Shown here: in pieces, positions 18,980 to 29,023 of the stretch
Numbering within the stretch: position 1 is the stretch's first letter
Layout of the letters: each line of letters opens with the position of its first letter
Assembly (NCBI GenBank): GCA_963758155.1
Contig: CAVWUP010000032.1
Coordinates: forward strand, 2,478-66,477
Length of the DNA: 64,000 bases
DNA from: an uncultured delta proteobacterium
GTDB lineage: Bacteria > Myxococcota_A > Polyangia > Fen-1088
Reading direction: 5' to 3'
The notes under the pieces: generated by a model
The model's input: only the letters and a program-made list of their open reading frames with translations
Database searches by the model: none
What the model was told of the DNA's origin: nothing
Program-made: the position numbers and the translations under genes

Positions 18980-20051
18980 GAGCAGCGGTTCGGGAGACGC
19001 CGTCCGCAGGATCGCGTGGGGGTCCTGTCTGGGGTTCGGGGCGCGGTTCTGGCATTGCCGCAACCGAAGGCAAGACCGCGCTGGTCTGTCGCAAGAAGGG
19101 ACTGGCGCAACTACCCCACCATCCTCATCATGTCCCCACACCTTGAAAGGCCTGGCACTGAAGGCAATACGGTTTCGCCGCTGCATCTACTGCCTGGAGG
19201 AGAAGCCTCCTGATGACTTCAACAGGGAGCACGTCATCCCACAGGCGTTCGGACGGTTCGCGGGCCAAAGCCCGACGCTGGACTGCGTGTGCCGGCTGTG
19301 CAACAGCTCTCTTGGACGAGAACTCGACGAGTCGCTCAGCTACAAGAGTATTGAGGGCGTTCATCGGTTCATCTCTGGGTTGAGAGACGCTGGACAATTT
19401 CGCGCTGATCGCGCTTCCGACATTGATCGGGTCGAAATAGGGGAAGGACCCTTGGCTGGCTGCGTGGCCGACTTTGGTTCGTCGCCGGACGGAACCTCAG
19501 TGAACATGGTTCCCAGACCGCAGGTTGGTTTCGCCAAGACAGAAGACGGGCCGTTCCAGTGGCACCCTGTGGGGGTACTTCCTACCAAAGAGCAACTCCA
19601 GAAAGAGTTCGGCCCGACTCCTCCGTCTATCCGGGTGGTTGGGGCAGCTGATGAACGTGAGGTTCAGCAAGAACTCGCATCAAAAGGCCTGATGATTGGG
19701 GAAATGGCGGTGGGTCATCTGCCGAGCGGTACGGCATACGCAGAAATCGTGGCCACGATCACCCAGAAGCACCTCCGGGCGATCGCGAAGATTGCGTTCA
19801 ACTACCTGGCCTTTGTGCGACCTGGACTGGCCTACTTGCCGGAGTTCAACGAAGTGCGCCGCTACGTTCTTGCCGGTGCCGACCCGTCCGCATCGACCAT
19901 TCAGAGCATCGTACCGCGTCCGGCCCACAGCCCAGGACGCCTCAAATGGCACGCGATCTCGGTCGCGTGTCTGAATTCTACTGTTGCCGCGCTCGTGCTT
20001 CCGCTCGGTATCGGAAGTTGTCAACGCGAATGAGACAGTGGGTTTCATGAA

Positions 20052-21194
20052 TTAGTGAGCAAGTTCTATGAGTGAGCCCCCGGCGGGAGCGGCGAGGACG
20101 GTCAGCTTGCTATCCACGGCTCCGCCGGCCTGCGCGCTCTGGGGGGCGCGCTGATCGGCCGGCTGCGCAGGCGCCGCCCCCGCCTCGACTGTAGGCGGTT
20201 TGTTGATCCACACGGCGTGAGGCAAGGAAGGCGGAACCGGTAAGCCGTGGGGAAACCGCTCGGGGTGAGCCCGGTAGGCAGCTTCAAGGACGGCCATGCG
20301 TTTGGCGCGCTTGTCCTCGGCGAGTCCATAGTGGACATCGTGAGGCGTGAAGAAGCCGATGCCGGAGTGGTGGTGCTCGGTGTTGTACCAGGGAAAGAAG
20401 TCCCGACAGTGGGCGCGGGCGTGTTCCTCCGAGCCAAAGCGGTCGGGAAAATCGGGACGATACTTCATGGTTTTGAAATGCCCCTCGGAGAACGGATTGT
20501 CGTCGGAGACGTGAGGGCGCGAATGGCTCTTGGTCACGCCCAGGTCAGCCAGCAGGAAGGCCACCGGCTTCGAGATCATGGGCGAACCACGGTCAGCATG
20601 CAGGGTGAGCTGGCCGGGGTCGATGTTGTGGCGCCTGCAGGTTTCCTCGATGAATGCGTGGGCAACCGAAGCACACTCGCGGCTGGAAAGGGTCCAGCCC
20701 ACGACGTAGCGGCTGAAGATGTCGAGAATCACGTACAGATAGAAGTAGGTCCACTTGGCCGGCCCGAGCAGCTTGGTGATGTCCCACGTCCAGACCTGGT
20801 TGGGCCTGGTCGCTAGCAGTTCGGGTTTCTTGTAATCGGGGTGGCGGAGCTGGTTGCGCCGTTCGCGGACCTGCCCGTTCTCGTCGAGGATGCGGTACAT
20901 GGTGCGCAGCGAGCAGAGCCAGCGGCCCTCGTCGAGCAATGTGGCATGCACCTGGGGTGGCGCCTGATCCATGAAGCGCGGCTCGTTGAGCACGGCCAAC
21001 ACTTGCTGGCGTTCCTCGGGTGGCAGAGCGCGGGGCTGGGGGCGGCTGGGCCTATCTCCGTCGCTCGTGGGCGCGGTGGCGTCCACGGGCTTGGGGCGCA
21101 GTCGCCGGTAATACGTAGCGCGAGGCAACCCCAGCGCGAGGCAAGCCGGCGCAACACCGATCTTGCTGCCGGTTTCCATCACCGCTTCCATCAC
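20052..21194 (-). CDS. DDE transposase OrfB (rve integrase core), 380 aa
   Basis: PNQVWTWDITKL, ILDIFSRYVVGW, LHADRGS, DNPFSEGHFKTMK. Confidence 0.92.
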   Translation of the reverse strand: MMEAVMETGSKIGVAPACLALGLPRATYYRRLRPKPVDATAPTSDGDRPSRPQPRALPPEERQQVLAVLNEPRFMDQAPPQVHATLLDEGRWLCSLRTMYRILDENGQVRERRNQLRHPDYKKPELLATRPNQVWTWDITKLLGPAKWTYFYLYVILDIFSRYVVGWTLSSRECASVAHAFIEETCRRHNIDPGQLTLHADRGSPMISKPVAFLLADLGVTKSHSRPHVSDDNPFSEGHFKTMKYRPDFPDRFGSEEHARAHCRDFFPWYNTEHHHSGIGFFTPHDVHYGLAEDKRAKRMAVLEAAYRAHPERFPHGLPVPPSLPHAVWINKPPTVEAGAAPAQPADQRAPQSAQAGGAVDSKLTVLAAPAGGSLIELAH

Positions 21195-21589
21195 GACTTG
21201 TCGCTTTCCAGCGGCGTCCCCAGCAAGGCCGCTACTTTTTTTTGAAGGTCCACCAGCGCTTCGGCCCGCTCGGCACGGGCCACAAGGCGAGTGTTCTCTC
21301 GCTGCAATTCGACGATCCTGCGATCGCGGGCATCGACCTCAGCCTTCTTTCGTCCGCGCTTCTTCGGGGTCAGCCCGGCCAACTCGCCTGCATCACGCTG
21401 CCGGCGCCAGGTGGCGAGGTGCGACGAGTACAGCCCCTCGGAGCGCAGGAGCTCGCCCAACTGGCCATGGGCCACGCAGGCCGACACCCGTTTGAGAATG
21501 TCCAATTTGTACTTGGCGCTGAACTGCCGCCGGTGTGCCTTGGGATCCACTTCGACCTCCGGAACGGTGGCCATATGGGACTCGGTCAT
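21191..21589 (-). CDS. Transposase OrfA (HTH), 132 aa
   Basis: RRQFSAKYKLDIL...LLRSEGLYSSHLATWRRQ; A8 run (T8 at 21236-21243 on +) near the 3' end is a possible frameshift site. Confidence 0.88.
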   Translation of the reverse strand: MTESHMATVPEVEVDPKAHRRQFSAKYKLDILKRVSACVAHGQLGELLRSEGLYSSHLATWRRQRDAGELAGLTPKKRGRKKAEVDARDRRIVELQRENTRLVARAERAEALVDLQKKVAALLGTPLESDKS

Positions 21590-21883
21590 GGTGCATTCTC
21601 CTTGTCCCGCCCTCTACTCTAATTTCCAGGGGGGCCACTGTCTCACTCACGTTGGCACAGAGGGTATCTTGGAGTACCGCGTGGTCTTGAATTCCATTCC
21701 GCTCTCGATTCCTACCCGTTTCAACTCCCTTCACACGTTTGACTTCCAGACACGCAAAGCCACGCGGCAGACTTCACCTACCTGATCTGGCCGGTTCGCC
21801 TTCCTGACATCATCGCACAGCGCGTTCTACGGCAAGAGTCCGCGATGCCGCGAACACAACAGCGGCTGACCTGGCTATTTCTC

Positions 21884-21918
21884 CCGTGGTTTCGCGAAGA
21901 TCTGGCCGCGAGTGTTGG
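21884..21918 (+). repeat. 35-bp dispersed repeat, copy A
   Basis: CCGTGGTTTCGCGAAGATCTGGCCGCGAGTGTTGG; 32/35 identical to 51375-51409. Confidence 0.85.
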
Positions 21919-21944
21919 GAGACGCGACACCCCAAACGCGAGAT

Positions 21945-22340
21945 TCAGCGCTCCGCCGGCTCAGGCACGATCTGCAATCTCCGCCCGGCGGCGCGTCCTC
22001 GAACCTCGGGGGCGTACATCGCTTGTGCGTGGGCGCCGGGGACCACGTAGCTGCCGGGCGCGGCGGCGCGGGCGTACACGGTGTAGTGGCGGACCAGGCC
22101 TGGTGCTAGGCGGCGCACGAAGACCAGGATGCGGTCGCGATACAGTTCCTCAGCGCCCACGTCGAGCTGGCGCAGAGGCGTGAGGTTGGGGGCGATGACG
22201 CTGGCCCCGTGGCCGAGCGCCAGATCGAATGGTTCGGCGCCGGCCGGTAGGGGGATCTCGACCACCAGATGTTCGTCCTCGCGTTCTGCTTGTAGCGCCA
22301 GATTGATGGCAAAGACATAGCCCACGGCCAGGGGCTCGTC
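21945..22340 (-). pseudogene. C-terminal fragment of a bacterial alpha-2-macroglobulin
   Basis: HLVVEIPLPAGAEP...ELYRDRILVFVRRLAPG...YARAAAPGSYVVPGAHAQAMYAPEVRGR matches the A2M C-terminal domain pattern; the large N-terminal part is absent. 5' boundary approximate. Confidence 0.75.
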
Positions 22341-22476
22341 GCTGCCCAAAACGCCATAGCGAGATCGGTACGAGGTGGAGATGCACACCAAGACCGTGTC
22401 AGTCAACCGGCGTATGATGGCCGCGTGGCGACGGCACATGACATGAACTTGCGCTCCGCCTGGAGGTTACCATCCC

Positions 22477-25266
22477 ATGCTTGACCTTCTGTTGGCTGCC
22501 CATGATGGCGGCACGTCGTGGCGGCAACTGCTCGAACCGGGCGAGGCACGGGCGGGGTTTGAATGTGTGGGGCCGGCTGGGCTGGCGAGACGAATCGGAC
22601 GAGTGCTCGGCGTGCCTGCGCGGCCAGCGGAGGCCCCACGGCGGCTGGCGGCTCTTGCCACGAAACTCGACCAGCACGACGACGGAAACCGGTCGTACTC
22701 GGCGTCGCGCAAGCACGATCCGTTCGGGGTGGTGCGGTTTCTACTCGCCTTGCGGGACGCCCTGCGCATGGCCGGCTGGGATGGTCGCGGCCTGACCGGG
22801 TCGCCGCGCCTTCGGGATCTGGCGGAGCTGGAGTGTTTGGGGATCCGCCTGCCTGCGGGATGGCCGGACGTCCTTGCGGATCTCGTGGCTGCCTTGAAGG
22901 GTCCCTTGCCCTTCCCTGTGCGCGTGCAGCTGGCGGCGCCACGGTCGGCCTTCATGCCGATGGTGCTGGCGCTGGTCGATGCGCTGACGGCGGCTGGGGC
23001 GGCGGTCACGGACATGGCGAGTGAGATCGCCCAGGCGTCTGCAGACACCGATCTCGGGCGTGTGCAGCGCGCGCTGCTCACGGGCGGCAATTCAAAGGAT
23101 CGACCGACTCTCAAGGGCGATGGCTCGCTCCTCGTGCTCGAAGCGGACACGCCGGTGGAGGCGGCCGAGCTCACTGCGTCCCTTGCTCGTACGCTCACGT
23201 TCGGGGACACGACCGTGGTCGTGAACACGGAGGCGGCCGTCCTCGATGCGGCGCTGGCGCGGCAGGGCTTGCCCACGGTCGGGCGCCCGTCGTCCTCGGC
23301 ATTGCGACCGCACCTTCAGGTGCTGCCGCTGCGTTTGCAACTCGCATTCAAGCCGCAGGATCCCTTTCGCGCGGCGGAGCTGCTGTTGCTCCCGGGCGGT
23401 CCCCTGCCCGGGCACGCCCGACGGAGTCTGCTCGACGCGCTCAACGAAATGCCGGGCGTGGGCAGCCCCAAGTGGCTGGATGCGATCAAAGCGATTCTGG
23501 CCGAAGAAACGGCACGCGCCGAGTCTCGCGGGGATTCGCACGCGCAGGCCGAGGCCGCAGCCAAGGCGCTGTCGGATCGGCTTGCGGCCTGGTTCGGCGG
23601 TGACCTGCACGATCCCGTGGCGGGTATCCCGGCGGTACGGGCCGCCGAGTTCTGCGTGCTGGTGAGCAAGTGGGCGGGTGGTCGGACGGTGGAGGCGGCC
23701 GAGCGGGCCGACAAGGCTGACGATCCCGGCGCGTCCGACGATGCGCAGCTCTGGGCGCAGGCCGCGGCGGTGGCTCGCACCCTGGAACAAATGCTGCTTG
23801 GGCGGCCTCAGGGCGAGCGACTGTCGCAGCAGACACTAATGCAGCTGCACGATTTGGCGGTGGGCAATGGCTCTGACTTGGCCACCTTCAATCAGGATGC
23901 GGGCCGGCCCGCGTTTGCCTGCGGCCTGGGCGAGATCATCGCCCCGTCACCAAATGTGATCTGGTGGGGCTGCACCCATGATGCTGACCAGGGGCGGACG
24001 CCGGAGCCCTGGACCGAGGCGGAAGGCACGGCACTCCGAGCAGCAGGGGTCACTCTGCCCGCGCCGGGGGAGCGTCGAGAGGTGGAGAGTGCGGAGTGGC
24101 GGCGGCCGATTCTCGCGGCTCGCCGGTGTGCGGTCCTCGTGCGCTGGCGGCTCGCGGGTGCAGAGCCCACCGCCGCGCATGCGCTTTTCGATGAGCTCGA
24201 CACGTGGGTGGCTCCTGGAACCCTCGCCTCGTGCACCATCACCTCTGAGCGGTTGCTAGCCAGCGGAGCCTGCCCTGCGTGGCAGCCGGCCACCACGCTC
24301 GTTCCACCCGACGCGCCCATGGTCCAGAGGCCCGTGTGGACCGTGCCCGCCGCGACCGTAGTACCCACGCGCGACGTATCGGCATCCTCACTCGAGACTT
24401 TCCTCGGTTGTCCGTTTCGCTGGGCCTTGCACTACCAAGCATTGCTGCAGCCTGGGCGCGGCGTGGACCTGCCCGATGGCGAGCGGCTGGCCGGCGACTT
24501 CGCGCACCGGATTCTCCAGGACATGCTCTGTGGTGACGAAAAGCTCGACGTCGCCAAGAACACCGAGAACGACGCGCGCACCTGGGCCTTGAATGCCTTC
24601 GACGACCATGTGGCCACCGAGGCCGCACCCCTCGTGCGGCGTGGCGCCGAGGTGGATCGCGATCTGGTCCGCACCCTCATCGGCAACGCAGCCGCAGCGC
24701 TCGTGCGCGTGCTCAAGCAAGGGGGCTGGCGTCCCGTGGAGGCCGAGCGCAAGGTCAGCGGCACCTTCGCCGGCATATCGGCCAGCGGTCGCGTGGATCT
24801 CGTCGTGGCCAAGGGGAGCCGCGAGGCGCTCGTAGATCTGAAGCTCGGAGGGCTCAAATACAAGCGCGAGGCCCTGGAGACCGGCCACGCTATCCAGCTC
24901 GCCCTCTACGCGGCAATGATGAAGGGGTCTGCCAAGGCACTACCGTCATCTGGCTACTTCATCCTGGAGGACGGGCAGCTGCTCACCACCGACCCCACCG
25001 CCTTCCCGGGTGCCACTGTCGTCTCCGGACCGTCCGCAGACGACACCCTTGCCGCCGCTGAGAAGGGATTCGACTACTGGAAGCAGGTGCTCGCCAAGGG
25101 GCTTTTGCCCGCCATGCTGAACGATCTCGCATGGGTCGCGCCGGTGACCAAAGCGGCCGGGCCGCCACCCGACGAAGGCAGTCCCGCTCGCTACGAAGCG
25201 GGTTGTCGCTTCTGCAACTTCGCCACCATTTGTGTGGCGCCCGCGATTGAGGAGGTGGAATCATGA
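22477..25266 (+). CDS. AddB/RexB-like PD-(D/E)XK nuclease subunit, 929 aa
   Basis: GGAGG RBS; SASSLETFLGCPFRW, GRVDLVV...LVDLK...QLALY, CRFCNFATIC (four-Cys Fe-S arrangement). Confidence 0.85.
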   Translation: MLDLLLAAHDGGTSWRQLLEPGEARAGFECVGPAGLARRIGRVLGVPARPAEAPRRLAALATKLDQHDDGNRSYSASRKHDPFGVVRFLLALRDALRMAGWDGRGLTGSPRLRDLAELECLGIRLPAGWPDVLADLVAALKGPLPFPVRVQLAAPRSAFMPMVLALVDALTAAGAAVTDMASEIAQASADTDLGRVQRALLTGGNSKDRPTLKGDGSLLVLEADTPVEAAELTASLARTLTFGDTTVVVNTEAAVLDAALARQGLPTVGRPSSSALRPHLQVLPLRLQLAFKPQDPFRAAELLLLPGGPLPGHARRSLLDALNEMPGVGSPKWLDAIKAILAEETARAESRGDSHAQAEAAAKALSDRLAAWFGGDLHDPVAGIPAVRAAEFCVLVSKWAGGRTVEAAERADKADDPGASDDAQLWAQAAAVARTLEQMLLGRPQGERLSQQTLMQLHDLAVGNGSDLATFNQDAGRPAFACGLGEIIAPSPNVIWWGCTHDADQGRTPEPWTEAEGTALRAAGVTLPAPGERREVESAEWRRPILAARRCAVLVRWRLAGAEPTAAHALFDELDTWVAPGTLASCTITSERLLASGACPAWQPATTLVPPDAPMVQRPVWTVPAATVVPTRDVSASSLETFLGCPFRWALHYQALLQPGRGVDLPDGERLAGDFAHRILQDMLCGDEKLDVAKNTENDARTWALNAFDDHVATEAAPLVRRGAEVDRDLVRTLIGNAAAALVRVLKQGGWRPVEAERKVSGTFAGISASGRVDLVVAKGSREALVDLKLGGLKYKREALETGHAIQLALYAAMMKGSAKALPSSGYFILEDGQLLTTDPTAFPGATVVSGPSADDTLAAAEKGFDYWKQVLAKGLLPAMLNDLAWVAPVTKAAGPPPDEGSPARYEAGCRFCNFATICVAPAIEEVES

Positions 25267-28200
25267 CCATCGACATCGTCAGCGCCAGCGCCGGCACGGG
25301 GAAGACACACCGGCTGACGAGCGACCTCGTCAAGGCTCTGCTCGACGGCAGCGCGCGCCCCGAGGGTGTCGTTGCCATCACGTACACTGTGAAGGCCGCC
25401 GCCGAGCTGGAGAGCCGCATTCGTGGCCGCCTACTTGAGGAAGGTCGGCCGGATCTCGCGGCTCGCGTGCGCGATGGCTACATTGGAACGATCCATTCTG
25501 TCTGCCAGCGCCTGCTACGCGAGTTCGCGCTGGACGCCGGCTTGTCGCCGTATTTGGAACCCATCCCGGAAGGCGAGCGGCAGCGGCTCTTTGCCGTGGC
25601 GATGGCGGCCGGTATCGCGGGCCGCGAGACGGAGCTGAATGCTCTGGCCACGCGGCTGGCGTTCGAGGATTGGCCCCAAACACTGCGCGAAATTGTGGAT
25701 GCCGCCCGCAACAATGGCATGGACGCGACGACGCTGGCGCGGTCGGCGCAGGAAAGCCGAGAGGGTCTGCAGTGCCTGCTCGGCCGACCGACCATGGATG
25801 GACCGACCTACTTGGCGCGATTGAAGGCGGCGCACGCCAAGCTGCAGCCCAAGCTCGACGAACAGGTGAGCGGAACCGCCAAGGTCACAGATGCCGCGAA
25901 GAAGCGGTGCAATCTCGGCCAGCGATTGAAGCAGGTGCTCGACCGCGACGAACTGCCGTCCTGGCACGATCAGGTGCAGTTTGCGGGGGCGGTGGATCTC
26001 AAGAACTTGCAGGCGTGCTCGGGCGAGTTCATCGCCGTGGTCAACGAGCACCTCACCTGCGCGGCCTTCCAGGACGATCTGCGCAACATGCAACAGGCGC
26101 TCTTCGAGCTGGCAGGGCGCACACTGGATGCCTTCGTGAAAGAGAAGGCTGCGGCTTGTGTGGTGGATTTCGGCGACATGCTGGCCATGGCCCATGGCAT
26201 CCTCAAACTACCGACGGTGGTTGCGGCGCTCACGGCGCGGCTCGATCTCGTGCTGGTGGATGAGCTTCAGGACACGTCGCCCCTGCAACTGGCGGTTATC
26301 AGCGCACTGGCCGGGCTGGCCCGGCGAAACATCTGGGTGGGTGATCGCAAGCAGGCGATCTTCGGCTTTCAGGGCTCGGATCCCGATCTCATGGCCGCCG
26401 CGATGGACGCCGCTCTCTCGGGCCGTCAGCCAGAGATTTTGGCGCAGTCGTATCGCTCGCGACGTGGACTGGTGGAGCTGTGTTCCACGCTCTTCACAGC
26501 GGCGCTGGGTCCGCACGGTTTTCCCGCTGAACAGGTGCAGTTGACCCCGGCCAACCCGGACCCGAAGAGTCTCGGCAAGCAGCCAATCGCCGAGTGTTGG
26601 CAGTGGACGCCTGAGAAAATCGATCGCAACGGCACCATCGTCAAGGCGTCAGAGCCCCACGCTCTTGCGGCCGGCGTGGAGGCCCTACTGAGTCAACCGC
26701 CCCTGGTGCGCGAGCGCGACGCCGTTGACCGGGATCGCACGCGGCCTGCCAGCCGTCGTGACATCGCCATTCTCGCGCGCAGCAATGATCGCTGCCGGGA
26801 CATTGCAGAGGCCCTGCGGGAGCGCGGAATTCCCGTGCGTGTTTCCCTCGCTGGACTAACAAACACGTCCGAGGGCGTGCTGGCGCGCGCAGCACTGGCG
26901 CTGCTGGCGGATCCCTTCGACGGCGTGGCTGCGCTTGAGGTGTCGTGGCTCGGAGGTAGGGCCACCACGGATCGGGATGCGTGGCTGTCCCGTCGGCTCG
27001 ACGAGGTGGCCCGGTGGCGACAAGCCGCTGAGCAGGCCGCTGCGAAGGGCGATCTGCGGCCCGCGAGCCCGGCACCGTTCAACGACGATCAGCGTGTGGC
27101 TGCCCTGCGGGCCGCCACCGTCGAGGCTGCGCGCCTGTCGCCTGCCGAGGCATTGGATCTTGCCCTGCGCCGCGCCGACGTGCCCGCGCGCGTGCGTAGC
27201 TGGCCCGAGCCTGAGCAACGCCTCGCGAACCTCGAAGCCCTGCGGAGCGCGGCTTGTGACTACGAGCAGCTCTGCGCCGCCCAGCGCATCGCCGCCACGA
27301 CGCTTGGACTTGTGGCTCATCTGGCTGGGCTCGGCGATGACGAGGAAGCAGGCAAACAAGCCTCGGCGTCCTCGGAAGATGCCGTCACCGTGGTCACGTG
27401 GCACAAGGCCAAGGGACTGGAGTGGCCCATCGTCGTGCTGGCGCATCTCGATCACGCCGTCGAGCGTTCCGTCTTTGCCGTGGCTGTCGAGCCCGCGCCG
27501 ACGTTCGACTTCACGCAGCCGTTGGCTAACCGCTGGATCCGCTGGTGGCCGTGGCCGTATGGCAAGCTCAGGGCCAACCTCGCGCTCCTTGATCGGGCGC
27601 GACAGACCCCGCAGATCCGTCGCGCTGCCGAGAGCGACCTGGCCGAGCGGCTACGACTGCTCTACGTCGGCTTCACGCGGCCACGGGATCTGCTCGTGCT
27701 CGCAGCCAAGGTAAGCGAGAAGAGCGGTGCCGTCACGACCGCCCTTGCGCCATTGCAGGATGCCGCTGGCAAGCAGCTGTTCGCCTGGCCCACGCCAGGC
27801 AAAGCCGAGGTCGCCATCAACGGACGGACTTGGTCCTGTGGATTGAGGCAAGTATCAGGACTACCACCCGTGGCGACGGCCACCCATCGCGCCAATGTGC
27901 GCTGGTACACGCCGGGGACGCCTGTCCAGCTCCCACTCGAGATCGTCAATCCGTCGGGCGAGCCGCTGCCCGGCGCTGCGCGTATCGTGCAGATCGCTCG
28001 CCTCGGCAACCGCAACCCGGTCAAGTTCACAGTCGAAACCGCTGGTCCGCTGGGCGACGCCATCCACGCCTTTCTCGCCGCTGATCAGCCGGGCGATGCC
28101 ACGATCCGCACCGCCATGGCCACGCGCCTGCTCGATGCCGAAGGCGTGCTCGGCGCGATTGCGCCCGAGACACTGCTGTCAGCTGCGGACGGCCTGCGCA

Positions 28201-28520
28201 CGTGGCTCGACGTCCGCTATCCCGGCGCCACCTGGCACCGCGAGTGGCCCGTCCGCGCACGCCTCGCCACTACCCCGCCGCGCCTCATGATCGGCGAGGT
28301 CGATCTCTGCCTCGACCTCCCCGACGGCTTCGTCCTCGTGGACCACAAGTCCTTCCCCGGCAACGAAACCGAGCGGGACCGCCGCCTTATCGATGACTAC
28401 GCCCCGCAACTGCGCTGGTACGCCAAGGTGCTAGCCACTGCGCTCAAGAAGCCACTGAAGGCGGCATTCATTCATCTGCCGGTTCGAGGTGAGATGGCAG
28501 AAGTGGAGTTGGGAGACTGA
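25263..28520 (+). CDS. AddA/UvrD-like helicase-nuclease, 1085 aa
   Basis: ASAGTGKT, ITYTVKAAAEL, TIHS, VDELQD, VGDRKQAIFGFQG, HKAKGLEW, LYVGFTR; C-terminal GEVDL...VDHKS...QLRWY nuclease; ATGA coupling to the upstream gene. Confidence 0.92.
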   Translation: MTIDIVSASAGTGKTHRLTSDLVKALLDGSARPEGVVAITYTVKAAAELESRIRGRLLEEGRPDLAARVRDGYIGTIHSVCQRLLREFALDAGLSPYLEPIPEGERQRLFAVAMAAGIAGRETELNALATRLAFEDWPQTLREIVDAARNNGMDATTLARSAQESREGLQCLLGRPTMDGPTYLARLKAAHAKLQPKLDEQVSGTAKVTDAAKKRCNLGQRLKQVLDRDELPSWHDQVQFAGAVDLKNLQACSGEFIAVVNEHLTCAAFQDDLRNMQQALFELAGRTLDAFVKEKAAACVVDFGDMLAMAHGILKLPTVVAALTARLDLVLVDELQDTSPLQLAVISALAGLARRNIWVGDRKQAIFGFQGSDPDLMAAAMDAALSGRQPEILAQSYRSRRGLVELCSTLFTAALGPHGFPAEQVQLTPANPDPKSLGKQPIAECWQWTPEKIDRNGTIVKASEPHALAAGVEALLSQPPLVRERDAVDRDRTRPASRRDIAILARSNDRCRDIAEALRERGIPVRVSLAGLTNTSEGVLARAALALLADPFDGVAALEVSWLGGRATTDRDAWLSRRLDEVARWRQAAEQAAAKGDLRPASPAPFNDDQRVAALRAATVEAARLSPAEALDLALRRADVPARVRSWPEPEQRLANLEALRSAACDYEQLCAAQRIAATTLGLVAHLAGLGDDEEAGKQASASSEDAVTVVTWHKAKGLEWPIVVLAHLDHAVERSVFAVAVEPAPTFDFTQPLANRWIRWWPWPYGKLRANLALLDRARQTPQIRRAAESDLAERLRLLYVGFTRPRDLLVLAAKVSEKSGAVTTALAPLQDAAGKQLFAWPTPGKAEVAINGRTWSCGLRQVSGLPPVATATHRANVRWYTPGTPVQLPLEIVNPSGEPLPGAARIVQIARLGNRNPVKFTVETAGPLGDAIHAFLAADQPGDATIRTAMATRLLDAEGVLGAIAPETLLSAADGLRTWLDVRYPGATWHREWPVRARLATTPPRLMIGEVDLCLDLPDGFVLVDHKSFPGNETERDRRLIDDYAPQLRWYAKVLATALKKPLKAAFIHLPVRGEMAEVELGD

Positions 28521-28577
28521 CGCCGGCTGCCCCGGCGGGACTTTCACCCGCTAGAACGTCAACTAGCATCGCTGCAC
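28521..28577 (-). other. Possible 5' fragment of a group II intron-like RNA, or a hairpin after the helicase stop
   Basis: Minus strand reads GTGCAGCGATGCTAGTTGACGTTCTAGCGGGTGAAAGTCCCGCC: GUGC.G start plus a GGTGAAAGTCC stem-loop as in group II intron domain I; no RT ORF nearby. Confidence 0.4.
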
Positions 28578-28696
28578 AATGCGTCCGGTAGCCACCACGG
28601 CCCCTGGCAAGTCTAGGCTCCTCGTGGCGGTTCAAACCAGCCCTTGTTGGCAGAAAGCGCGCAAGACAACACCAATGGTGAGGGCACTTCACCTCC

Positions 28697-28957
28697 TCAC
28701 CTATTCGGGGTCAGCGCGGCCTCAAGACGCTCGCGTGCCGAAGTCATATCCTTGAGACAGCTGTCAACCCTCGCTTCGGCGAGCGTCAGGTTCGTCAACA
28801 AGACCTTCGCGACCATCCGGAGCACCTCCTCGTCACCTATTTCAGTCAGCTTGCTCGCAGTATCGAGCAGCCCCTCCGTCGCACTGTTGAGCATGATGGC
28901 GCTATTGGCGACGTCACGGATCAGGATCTTCTGAAGTTTGAAAGTCGTAGAGGTCAT
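28697..28957 (-). CDS. Small helical hypothetical protein, 86 aa
   Basis: ATG with AAAGGA RBS; co-oriented downstream of the ParB-like gene. Confidence 0.65.
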   Translation of the reverse strand: MTSTTFKLQKILIRDVANSAIMLNSATEGLLDTASKLTEIGDEEVLRMVAKVLLTNLTLAEARVDSCLKDMTSARERLEAALTPNR

Positions 28958-29023
28958 GATCGTCCTTTCAGATTGGGTTGGTTGTCGCTGATTCGGCCCA
29001 CCTAGCTGGTGGATTGGTCTTGC

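Larger units (their letters stand above)
20013..21662 (-). mobile_element. IS3-like insertion sequence, 1650 bp, 6-bp target duplication GGTATC
   Basis: GGTATC at 20007-20012 and 21663-21668; inverted repeats TGTCAACGCGAATGAGACAGTGG (from 20019) and TGCCAACGTGAGTGAGACAGTGG (reverse complement ending 21657), 20/23 match; two transposase ORFs. Confidence 0.9.
19143..21785 (+). pseudogene. HNH endonuclease gene interrupted by an IS (reconstructed length 328 aa)
   Basis: CIYC...REHVIPQAFG...VCRLCNSSLG motif; removing 20013-21662 plus one GGTATC copy joins ...LVLPLGI to LEYRVVLNSIP...TSPT* in frame. Confidence 0.85.

Noticed and set aside
21884-21918. 35-bp repeat as a Xer dif/pdif site
   Set aside because: Geometry fits but neither arm resembles the conserved XerD arm TTATGTTAAAT; kept only as an unknown site.
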